Notes under the pieces: generated by a model | What the model was told of the DNA's origin: nothing | Seen by the model: the letters and a program-made list of their open reading frames with translations, nothing else | Databases searched by the model: none | NCBI GenBank assembly: GCA_903908285.1 | Contig: CAIVRH010000029.1 | Span: 102,037-166,036, forward strand | Origin: an uncultured candidate division Zixibacteria bacterium | GTDB taxonomy: Bacteria > Zixibacteria > MSB-5A5 > SM1-73 | Direction: 5' to 3' | DNA: 64,000 nt | Shown here: positions 48,401-56,570 of the stretch, in pieces | Layout: every line of letters begins with the position of its first letter | Position numbering within the stretch: position 1 is the stretch's first letter | Program-made: the position numbers and the translations under genes

Positions 48401-48585
48401 CTCTTTTTGTTAATCTCATCCGAAAATGCTTTTACCACCTTCTCGCAACCGTAAGCATGACAGCCCGTTCCACTGCATACGGTGATACAGGGTTTTTTAT
48501 CGGCGCTTCTTTCCCTCATCTTAGTCTCGATGATGTTCTTCAGGTCCTCTATGGTTTTCATCTTGATAGCCTTTCTTTGTGGCAC
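45424..48585 (-). CDS. fusion of NuoF-like NADH-binding flavoprotein (51-kDa subunit) with GltD-like FAD/NAD(P) oxidoreductase
   Basis: 1053 aa. N-terminal thioredoxin-like 2Fe-2S. NuoF motif [13 protein letters not shown]. 4Fe-4S ferredoxin. C-terminal GltD-like [29 protein letters not shown]... Confidence 0.8.
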   Translation of the reverse strand: [1053 protein letters not shown]

Positions 48586-48597
48586 GAATGAATGATT

Positions 48598-49005
48598 CTA
48601 ATTACTTTTTAAAAATCGCGAATATTTATCGTAGAATGCTCTGATTTCTGTATCCAAATCTTCAAACTCTATCAGATGCTTCTTGCAACCTCTACGGGAG
48701 CATATCTGGACCGTACCACCCTCGGCAAATCTCATGGGGATCATGGGAGCTTCACACAGCTCACAGATGCGGGTGGATTTAAGTTCCTTCTGGCAGTGGG
48801 GGCAAAAGAAGGAAGCCACCTTCCTATCGGGAACGAAAACATCGGTCTCAATATTATAGCTTCCGTACAAAGAAGAAAAATAAAGAAAGCCTTTCTTTTT
48901 TTCGTAGCCTATAGACACTTTCACACTGGGATGTTCATCGATCTTGTGGGTCTCGTCCATCAAACTTTTCCCACAATGTGGACATTTGATATTCAACTGA
49001 ATCAT
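48598..49005 (-). CDS. zinc-ribbon protein
   Basis: About 135 aa taken from the internal Met. Four CxxC pairs (CPHCGKS, CPHCQKE, CELCEAP, CSRRGC). Confidence 0.35.
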   Translation of the reverse strand: MIQLNIKCPHCGKSLMDETHKIDEHPSVKVSIGYEKKKGFLYFSSLYGSYNIETDVFVPDRKVASFFCPHCQKELKSTRICELCEAPMIPMRFAEGGTVQICSRRGCKKHLIEFEDLDTEIRAFYDKYSRFLKSN

Positions 49006-49040
49006 AATAATTCTCCCCGAATGTTTGAAAGAAATATCGA

Positions 49041-49607
49041 TTAGTTTTCTCCCTTTGATTTGTATTTCTCCAGAACCGCATCCACCTTTCGGGTGGCCAT
49101 CTGCCCGTGATATTCTCCATCCACCACCATGATCGGTCCCAGGGCACACGCCCCTAGGCAGTTGACCGTTTCTAGAGTGAACATTTTATCCTCGGTCGTC
49201 TCTCCTCTTTTAACGTTCAATCTCTTTTTAACCTCTCCCAATATGTTTTTTGCTCCCCTCACATGGCAAGCAGTTCCCAAACAGATTGTAACTAAATATT
49301 TACCCCTGGGTTTGAGACTGAAAGATTTGTAAAAGGTGGCCATGCTATAGACGTTGATCAAGGGTATCTTCAATTTTTCTGCAACACTCTTAAGAGCATC
49401 CGGAGGAAGATAATTGAATTCATCCTGTATGTCTTGCAAAATGGCAATCAAAGCTCCACCTGCTCCCTGATATTTATCAACGATGGTTGATACTTTCTTC
49501 AAATCCACATCCATTGTTTGTCTCTCCTTTCCGATAACTTGCAGATTCATATACGCAAGATCAAAAGACCTTGTGAAAATATTCTCAAATATAACATTTC
49601 CCCTCAT
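49041..49607 (-). CDS. NuoE-like (24-kDa, thioredoxin-like 2Fe-2S) NADH dehydrogenase subunit
   Basis: TICLGTACHVRGAKNIL...CLGACALGPIMVVDGEYHG is the NuoE signature. Confidence 0.7.
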   Translation of the reverse strand: MRGNVIFENIFTRSFDLAYMNLQVIGKERQTMDVDLKKVSTIVDKYQGAGGALIAILQDIQDEFNYLPPDALKSVAEKLKIPLINVYSMATFYKSFSLKPRGKYLVTICLGTACHVRGAKNILGEVKKRLNVKRGETTEDKMFTLETVNCLGACALGPIMVVDGEYHGQMATRKVDAVLEKYKSKGEN

Positions 49608-49831
49608 TTTGTCAAAGTTTTTTTCAACTTTCCGTTATCGGAATTAAATGGTAATTGGAGATGGTTTGGCTTTATCTTTTCTGGTTTGAATCTGGCGAAG
49701 CCATTACCAATTATCCTCATCTGCCCATGAAACCATCCCGGTTTTGCCAAAAAAACAGCGCCCAACTTATTATATTCAAATAAGTTGAGCGCCGGTATTC
49801 TAATCGCTGTCAAACCTTGTTTGGAGAAAGG

Positions 49832-51100
49832 TTATGCGTAAACCCCTCTCAGCATGGATACATCCATCACTCTTTTGATGGCCAGCATAAAGGCAGCGAT
49901 GCGCATGTTTACTCTCTTGGTCATAGAGATTTCCAAAACATCCCTGAAGGAATTCTTCATTATCTCTTCCAATCTTTGGTTGACCTCTCTTTCGCTCCAG
50001 AACAACCCCATCCGATCCTGCACCCACTCAAAGTAGGAGACCGTTACACCGCCCGCATTGCATAAGATGTCCGGGATGATAAACACGCCGTTTTTGTCCA
50101 GTATCTTGTCGGCTTTCGGAATTATCGGTCCATTGGCTCCTTCCGCTACGATCTTTGCCCTGATTTTAGGTGCATTCTCCTCGGTGATCTGATTTTCCAG
50201 GGCAGCGGGAACTAATATATCGCACTCCAGCTCCAGAATATCCTCATTCGAGATCGGTTTGGTGCCGGGGAATTTGACGACACTTTTGGTCTTTTTTACA
50301 TGTTGCAGAAGCTTTTTGATATCGATTCCGTTTTTATTGATTATCCCGCCTTTGACATCGGAAACCGCAATGATCTTACAGCCGTCGTCATAAAGCAGGT
50401 CCGCCGCCACCGAGCCGACGTTTCCGAACCCCTGTACCGCCACCGTGGCTCCTTCCATGTTGATATCCATATGTTTTGCCGCCTCCCGAATCGTAAAGAG
50501 AACACCTCTGCCGGTAGCCTCTCTTCTTCCCAGTGATCCGCCTAAAGAAATCGGTTTTCCGGTAACCACCGAGGTGACGGTATGCCGGGAGTGCATGCTG
50601 TAGGTGTCCATGATCCAGGCCATGGTCTGTTCATTGGTATTCACATCCGGGGCGGGAACATCGAGTTCCGGTCCTAATATGTCGATCAAATCCGCGGTAT
50701 ATCTCCGGGTCAACCTTTCCAATTCTCCCTGGGACATCTTGAGGGGATCACAGGTGATACCTCCTTTTCCGCCTCCGAACGGGATTCCCACTACCGCGCA
50801 CTTCCAGGTCATCCAAGCGGCCAGAGCTTTAACCTCGTCCAAGGTCACATCCTGATGATAGCGGATCCCTCCCTTAGCCGGTCCCCGGGTTATGGAATGC
50901 TGGACTCTGTAACCGGTGAAAACCTGGAAGCTGCCATCATCCATGCGAACCGGCAGGTTTACTATAACCACCCGGCGGGGTTGTTTGATCACCTCAAGCC
51001 AAGCCGGGTTAACCTGCATCCGCTTGGCCGCCTCATCGAACTGGATCATGGCGTTTTGAAACGAACTGATTTCGATATCGGTACTTTTTAACCGAGCCAT
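49832..51100 (-). CDS. gdhA: glutamate dehydrogenase (Glu/Leu/Phe/Val dehydrogenase family)
   Basis: KGGIRYH...[11 protein letters not shown] active-site motifs. 422 aa. Confidence 0.9.
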   Translation of the reverse strand: MARLKSTDIEISSFQNAMIQFDEAAKRMQVNPAWLEVIKQPRRVVIVNLPVRMDDGSFQVFTGYRVQHSITRGPAKGGIRYHQDVTLDEVKALAAWMTWKCAVVGIPFGGGKGGITCDPLKMSQGELERLTRRYTADLIDILGPELDVPAPDVNTNEQTMAWIMDTYSMHSRHTVTSVVTGKPISLGGSLGRREATGRGVLFTIREAAKHMDINMEGATVAVQGFGNVGSVAADLLYDDGCKIIAVSDVKGGIINKNGIDIKKLLQHVKKTKSVVKFPGTKPISNEDILELECDILVPAALENQITEENAPKIRAKIVAEGANGPIIPKADKILDKNGVFIIPDILCNAGGVTVSYFEWVQDRMGLFWSEREVNQRLEEIMKNSFRDVLEISMTKRVNMRIAAFMLAIKRVMDVSMLRGVYA

Positions 51101-51387
51101 GTTTCATCCTTTCTTTTTATAAGGTTTTATAGTTTCCTGCTATTCTGATATCTAAAATAAGCCATATAGATTAGCTATATACGCTAAAGAAATATAGAAG
51201 ACTGATTTCATTTTAACTTTTTTAATATCCCTCAAAAAAGGATATTCAAAACACCCGGTAAGTATATGTCCAAATATAACTTGCAAAGCAGGGAGCCGGA
51301 AGGAAATTCTTGGCATGAAGGGATATTTCACCTAACCATACAAATGGATATTGGAATCAAGCAAAATTTAATCGATCCTCTTGGGTT

Positions 51388-51786
51388 TTATTTTTCCATA
51401 TCTTCCTTTCGAGGTAACAGCTCATTTAAATCGCCTCGCACAAACTGTAAATCTCTTTTGATGATCAAAAGGTCGTTTTTTATATCTTCACTGTAGTCTT
51501 CATCATCCGAAATGTTTTTTTGCATATCCACCAGTCGCGATTCAGTCCGGGATACTATGTTTTCCAGTCCCCGGATCACCTCATGGGATTTTGCCATCTC
51601 CTTTTTCAGCTCCAGCAGCTCTTCCTTAAAGCCCTGTCCCCCGGTATTCATCTGAGCCACCAGACTGTGAAGCCCGCCGATACGTTCATAGATCACCTTA
51701 AGCGCTTCCTCTATCATGATCCCTAATGCTTCGACGGCATCGCCCACCTCTTCAATGTCTTCCCTGTCTTCTCTTTCAACGGTCAT
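51388..51786 (-). CDS. coiled-coil hypothetical protein
   Basis: 132 aa. Charged heptad-rich sequence. No known domain. Confidence 0.3.
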   Translation of the reverse strand: MTVEREDREDIEEVGDAVEALGIMIEEALKVIYERIGGLHSLVAQMNTGGQGFKEELLELKKEMAKSHEVIRGLENIVSRTESRLVDMQKNISDDEDYSEDIKNDLLIIKRDLQFVRGDLNELLPRKEDMEK

Positions 51787-51941
51787 ATAACTCTCTTATA
51801 ACCAAACCCAACCCCACTTTTCCCCCCTCTCCATTTCAGAGAGAGGCAAAGGGGAAGGGGTAATGACTGATCCTGCCGGTAATACTGGACCTCCGTCACC
51901 TTATGTGTATTACCATTATATCCTTGACACTGATTTCATCT

Positions 51942-52910
51942 TCAACTCCCCGGGTGAATCTTCCGGGGGATTTCGGTCCTCTTCTCCTGCATCGACCATT
52001 GCACAATCGATTTGATCTCCTTGAATCTGGTTCCGCTGGAGGGAGCACCCAAAACTACCGCGATGATCTCCTCTCCGTCCTCCCCCTGAACCAATGTGCC
52101 CAGGCAATATCCCGACGCTCCGTTATAACCGGTTTTCCCGCATTTTACGCTCCCGGTGCAACCCGGAGGCAGGGAGGTATATAAAAGTTTATTGGTGCTT
52201 TTGATCTGGTGCATTCTCTTTCGTTTACTCATTGAGCAGAATTGATAGGTAGTTTTCCCCATGATGGAGGCGATCAGGCTCTCTTTTTGGGCAAAGTACA
52301 AGAGCCGGGCACAATCTAAGGCGGTAGACCGGTTATTGGTATCCAAACCGGTCGGTTCAAAAAAGCGGGTATTCAAAAGCCCTATCTTTTTCGCTTTCTG
52401 GTTCATGTGAGCGATAAACTCATCCGCGGAGAGACCACACGAACGGGACAGGGTCCGGGTGGCGCGGTTGTTTGAACTCATCAAACTGGCGTGCAAAAGA
52501 TCATACAGGGTGAAGGATTCCTTGATTTTGAGCTGGGACCATCCGGCCCCTATCGCATCCTCCGTGCTGATGGTGGCGGTATCATATAAATCGGGATGGG
52601 TTTCCAAAAACACCAGGGCGGTCATCAACTTGGACAGGCTGGCGATGGGGAGTGTTCTCTCCATGTTTTTCTCAAACAATATCTCTTCCCTTTGGGCATC
52701 CAGCACCACCGCGGCTTCCGACTTGATGATCAAATTGCCGCTCTCCTTCGCCTTTTCACTTATCTGCACGGTTTGAAGAGGCAGCTTCTCCTTGTGAAGG
52801 AAGCCTAACCCTTCCATTCGGTTGGATGCCCAAAACCAGCTGTCACAGGCGATCTTCGAAACTGCCAGCACCACGAAGACTAAAACGATAAAGAATACTA
52901 TTTTTTTCAA
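51942..52910 (-). CDS. D-alanyl-D-alanine carboxypeptidase (S11 family)
   Basis: Signal/transmembrane N-terminus. SxxK (ASLSKLMTA), SxN (SSNNRA) and KTG (CGKTGYNG) motifs. Confidence 0.8.
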   Translation of the reverse strand: MKKIVFFIVLVFVVLAVSKIACDSWFWASNRMEGLGFLHKEKLPLQTVQISEKAKESGNLIIKSEAAVVLDAQREEILFEKNMERTLPIASLSKLMTALVFLETHPDLYDTATISTEDAIGAGWSQLKIKESFTLYDLLHASLMSSNNRATRTLSRSCGLSADEFIAHMNQKAKKIGLLNTRFFEPTGLDTNNRSTALDCARLLYFAQKESLIASIMGKTTYQFCSMSKRKRMHQIKSTNKLLYTSLPPGCTGSVKCGKTGYNGASGYCLGTLVQGEDGEEIIAVVLGAPSSGTRFKEIKSIVQWSMQEKRTEIPRKIHPGS

Positions 52911-53256
52911 AGGTATCGTCTCCTCACTCCGCCAACGAAGCTTTTTCCACCTTCCTGATTATATACAAAATATCCCGTCTGAAGTTTTAGATTGATCCGG
53001 CTTATCTTGCCTTGCCTTTTTGTTTATTTGAAATCTGACCTTCCCGCACTTAGGACAGATCCATTTCCTTTGTTTATGAAAAGTTCTTTTTATCTCTTTC
53101 ATCTCTATTTTACATTTACGGCAGCGCATAGTCAAGAAATAATTCAAAAACAACTCTGGCCGGGAGGGGATGATTCTTCCTCTGCCTAATTTCTTTTGAC
53201 CATCACCGGGACTGAGTACCGGGGTCGAACCAAGTAACGCCTAAGTCTAATATATA

Positions 53257-54303
53257 TTATCGGCTTCTTAAGAATTCCATCGCATTAATCAGATCTTCGC
53301 ATCCGAATCTGACCGGATCCACGGTGGGAAGCTCGGTTTCGTCTTCGATCCTCTCGATCTCCCTTCTGGCTTCGTCATCGCTTAAGTGAGAAGTGTTTAA
53401 AGATATTCCGATTACCTTGGAGGGTTTGACCGGTTTGGCGATTTCCTCGTGCAATTGGGCTAATTCGGAGAGTGACGGAATCTTCACCCGGTAGTTTTTT
53501 ATCCTTTCCCTTCCCGGGTAATGACACAAAACCATGGCATCGGGCAAGGAGCCATGGATCAAAGCCAGGGAGACTCCGGAATAACCCGGATGGATGATGG
53601 TCCCCTGTCCCTCCACGCAAAGTAAATCGTAATAGTTGGATTTCTCGATAAGGAATTCCTCGATGGCTCCGGACATGAAGTCGCCGATCACCGAATCGAT
53701 GGGCACTCCCTCTCCGGCGATCACTATCCCGGTTTGACCGGTAGCGATAAATAATGAATTCCATTCAAATTTCCGGGCTTGTCTTGCCAGCTCGAATGCC
53801 GTAACCATCTTTCCCGTTTTGCAGTCGGTGCCCACCGTCAGAATCACCTGGGATTTGATCAAGGATGGATCACCGGTGGAAACTTTATTGTATGGTTTTG
53901 ATTCGCGCAGGTCGTGTATTTTTACTCTCATCCGCAAAGCCAGAGCAGAGAGTTCGGGATCATCGTTCAACATGTCATGTAGTCCACTGATAATATCCAG
54001 TCCATTCTCCATGGCTTGTTTGATTACCTCTCTCCATTCCGAAGGAAGCTTCCCTCCTCTCGGAGCAATCCCGATCAAGAGCGCATTGGGTTGGATTTTC
54101 AGCGAATCCGCAATCTTTGCGACAATGGGGATCTCCCCTCCAAATCCCAATATCTGCTGAACGGTCTTACCTGCCTTGGTGGAATCCAGAATTGCCACTA
54201 CCTCTTCGGGTTTATACATGATCAAACCGGTGGCAGTTTTTGCTTCCAAACCACCGAAGTAACCTTCGGTCAAGATCACTATGCGTCGTTTTTTCTCGTG
54301 CAT
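53257..54303 (-). CDS. DUF1611-domain protein
   Basis: RIVILTEGYFGGLEAKTATGLIMYKPEEVVAILD...LLIGIAPRGGKLP..W...GLDIISGLH matches the DUF1611 family. Confidence 0.7.
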   Translation of the reverse strand: MHEKKRRIVILTEGYFGGLEAKTATGLIMYKPEEVVAILDSTKAGKTVQQILGFGGEIPIVAKIADSLKIQPNALLIGIAPRGGKLPSEWREVIKQAMENGLDIISGLHDMLNDDPELSALALRMRVKIHDLRESKPYNKVSTGDPSLIKSQVILTVGTDCKTGKMVTAFELARQARKFEWNSLFIATGQTGIVIAGEGVPIDSVIGDFMSGAIEEFLIEKSNYYDLLCVEGQGTIIHPGYSGVSLALIHGSLPDAMVLCHYPGRERIKNYRVKIPSLSELAQLHEEIAKPVKPSKVIGISLNTSHLSDDEARREIERIEDETELPTVDPVRFGCEDLINAMEFLRSR

Positions 54304-54326
54304 GGTTTTGATATATTTTGTTTTCC

Positions 54327-54425
54327 ACCCTCTCTCTGACTCTCCTCCACGGACGTGCCCGTATGGGCGTCAAGGGAGAGAGAATCTACCTACCTCCTCC
54401 CTTTACGGGAGTGGGGGAGGGTGAT
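54327..54425. repeat. composite element: family-1 arms enclosing a GC-rich family-2 palindrome
   Basis: ccctctctctgactctcctccacggacgtgcccgtatgggcgtcaagggagagaga...cctcctccctttacgggagtgggggagggtg. Confidence 0.6.
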
Positions 54426-54584
54426 GAAAAGTTCAAAATTCAAAGATTCAATTCAAAAATCAAAATTTGCAACCAGATTCTTTTCTTTCTAATCTTGAAT
54501 TTTGCATTGTAATTTTTCGTTTTGCTCTTTGAATTTTGAATTATACTAGATCTCGTTCTTTCTCTTCTCGATCAACCAAATCGT

Positions 54585-56261
54585 CTATTTCAAGAGAACC
54601 ATCTTTTTTGAAGATGTATACTCTCCTGTTTTCAACTGATAAAAATAAACTCCGCTAGACAATTGCACGCCTCTATCATTCATCCCATCCCATTTGACGG
54701 TGTAATCTCCCGCCCATTTGGATTCATCCACCAGAGTTCTCACCTTTTGACCAAGAAGATTATAGATTTTCAAGGTGGTGGGGATGGGAACTTTGATCTT
54801 TAAACCTTGAACTTTGAACTTTATTGTGGTATTGGGATTAAACGGATTCGGATAATTCTGGGAAAGAACAAATTCCGAAGGCTTACTTGAGCTTTCGGTT
54901 TCATCCTCCACCGCGCTTGGGTTTTGAATATACTTGAGGGTGACGCAATCCATTCCGGTACTGTTACCCAAGCTGCTTCCGGTCACATAGACATGGCCCG
55001 AATCGTCCACCGCTACAGCGCAGGCAGAGTCGGTGGCGATGGCCGGTCCGTCGTATCTGGCTACCCAGGCGGTATCTCCATTGGAAGTATACTTAATGGT
55101 GGCATAATCCTTGGAATTTCCACTGCCATAGCTATATCCAGTCACATACACGTTTCTGGAACTATCCACAGCTATGGCGAGTGCTTCATCTTCGCTGTTT
55201 CCCGGTCCATTGTATCTTCTCACCCAGGCAGTATCCCCGCTGGGAAGATATTTGATGGTGGCAAAGTCGTAGTTAGTCCCATAACCATAACTAAATCCGG
55301 TCACGTAGACATTGCCAGAACCGTCCACGGTAATAGCAGTAGCGTCATCGACTTGGTTATCCGGTCCATTGTATCTTCTCACCCAGGCAGTGTCCCCGTT
55401 GGGAAGATACTTGATGGTGGCGAAGTCGTTGCTGGTCCCGTTGCCATAGCTAAATCCGGTCACATAGACATTGCCCGAACCATCTACAACTATGGCGTTA
55501 GCTTCGTCCCACAGGTTTCCCGTTCCGTTGTATCTTCTTACCCAAGCTGTATCTCCATCCGACTCATACATTATGGTGGCATAGTCTACATCTGTTATAC
55601 TACCTTTGCTATATCCGGTCACATAAGAGTTACCGGAATTATCCACGACTATGGCGTAAGCCTTATCGGTTCCGTTTCCCGGCCCATTGTATCTTCTCAC
55701 CCACGCGGTATCTCCGTTAGGTTGATATTTAACGGTGGCATAATCCTCAACGGTTCCGCTGCCATTGCTGTATCCGGTCACATAGACATTGTCCGAATCG
55801 TCCACCGCTATGGCCTCTGCCAAATCGGTGGAAACAAGGCCGTATCTTCTCACCCAGGCGGTATCTCCGTTGAGATAGTACTTTATGGTGACATAGTCAT
55901 AGAGAGTCCCACTGTCGTAACTGCGCCCCGTTACATACACACGACCGGAATTATCGACAACCATAGCAGTAACCCGGTCCCAGTAGTTGTCTGGCCCGTT
56001 GTATGTCCGCACCCAGGCAGTGTCTCCGTTCGATTTATACTTTATGGTAAGGTAATCTTCGAACGTTCCACTGCCGGTAGTATAACCGGCGACGTAAACA
56101 TGTCCCGCATGACCTATGGCGATGGCAGAACCCGCATCCGAAGAGTCCATTACACCGTTGAACCTTCTTACCCAGGCGGTGTCTACGGACTGGGCGAACA
56201 CCGGCGCGACCCACGATACAAACAGTACCATCCAAAAAACCATCCTTAAAGGTTTGGGCAT
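54585..56261 (-). CDS. secreted SBBP beta-propeller-repeat protein with a T9SS C-terminal sorting domain (paralog 1)
   Basis: Signal peptide. About ten ~46-aa repeats (DTAWVRRYNGPGN...SGNVYVTGYS.GSGT.DYATIKY). The C-terminus LSQNYPNPFNP.TTIKFKV...IYNLLGQKVRTLV...SGVYFYQLK...KKMVLLK is a T9SS CTD. Confidence 0.75.
   Translation of the reverse strand: MPKPLRMVFWMVLFVSWVAPVFAQSVDTAWVRRFNGVMDSSDAGSAIAIGHAGHVYVAGYTTGSGTFEDYLTIKYKSNGDTAWVRTYNGPDNYWDRVTAMVVDNSGRVYVTGRSYDSGTLYDYVTIKYYLNGDTAWVRRYGLVSTDLAEAIAVDDSDNVYVTGYSNGSGTVEDYATVKYQPNGDTAWVRRYNGPGNGTDKAYAIVVDNSGNSYVTGYSKGSITDVDYATIMYESDGDTAWVRRYNGTGNLWDEANAIVVDGSGNVYVTGFSYGNGTSNDFATIKYLPNGDTAWVRRYNGPDNQVDDATAITVDGSGNVYVTGFSYGYGTNYDFATIKYLPSGDTAWVRRYNGPGNSEDEALAIAVDSSRNVYVTGYSYGSGNSKDYATIKYTSNGDTAWVARYDGPAIATDSACAVAVDDSGHVYVTGSSLGNSTGMDCVTLKYIQNPSAVEDETESSSKPSEFVLSQNYPNPFNPNTTIKFKVQGLKIKVPIPTTLKIYNLLGQKVRTLVDESKWAGDYTVKWDGMNDRGVQLSSGVYFYQLKTGEYTSSKKMVLLK
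54789..54822 (-). repeat. heptanucleotide tandem tract (4 units) inside the CTD of paralog 1
   Basis: The coding strand reads TTCAAAG TTCAAGG TTTAAAG ATCAAAG and encodes KFKVQGLKIKV. Confidence 0.7.
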
Positions 56262-56366
56262 GATACTAACTCCTTTTTTAACCTACTCTATTCAATTCTG
56301 TAGCGGTTCGATTCATCGAACCCGCCAGGTCGCATAAATGCCCAGACGGGCACGTCCGTGCGACCG

Positions 56367-56570
56367 CTACTTTAATAAAACCATCTTCTTCGCTGATACA
56401 TTCTCTCCAACTTTTAACTGATAAAAATAAACTCCGCTCGATAATGGCTCGCCTTTATCATTCTTTCCATCCCATTGGACAGCGTAGTTCCCAGCCAATT
56501 TGGGTTCATCCACCAACACCCTCACCACCTCCCCAAGAATGTTGTAGATTTTTAGGGTGGTGGGGACGGG
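56367..56570 (-). other. out-of-frame T9SS C-terminal sorting domain of paralog 2
   Basis: A complete CTD coding sequence directly downstream of the (TTCAAAG)2 tract, reached by a +2 / -1 shift. Confidence 0.65.

Noticed and set aside
52959-53153. 64-aa ORF with two CxxC pairs (MRCRKCKIEM…CPKCGK)
   Set aside because: Could be a genuine small zinc-ribbon protein. It is too short and too unsupported to call, with no RBS evident. Left unannotated.
53160-53255. Possible tRNA between the small zinc-ribbon ORF and the DUF1611 gene (ggggtcgaacc segment)
   Set aside because: Contains a GTCGAACC string reminiscent of a T-loop. I could not fold a cloverleaf with acceptor, D and anticodon arms on either strand.
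54924-56249. 441-aa plus-strand ORF, plus similar ones at 57493-58002 and 56692-56943
   Set aside because: Antisense to the SBBP paralogs. The long open frames arise from the internally repetitive, codon-biased sense sequence. Translations are Gly/Ser/Ile/Val homopolymer-like with no domain.
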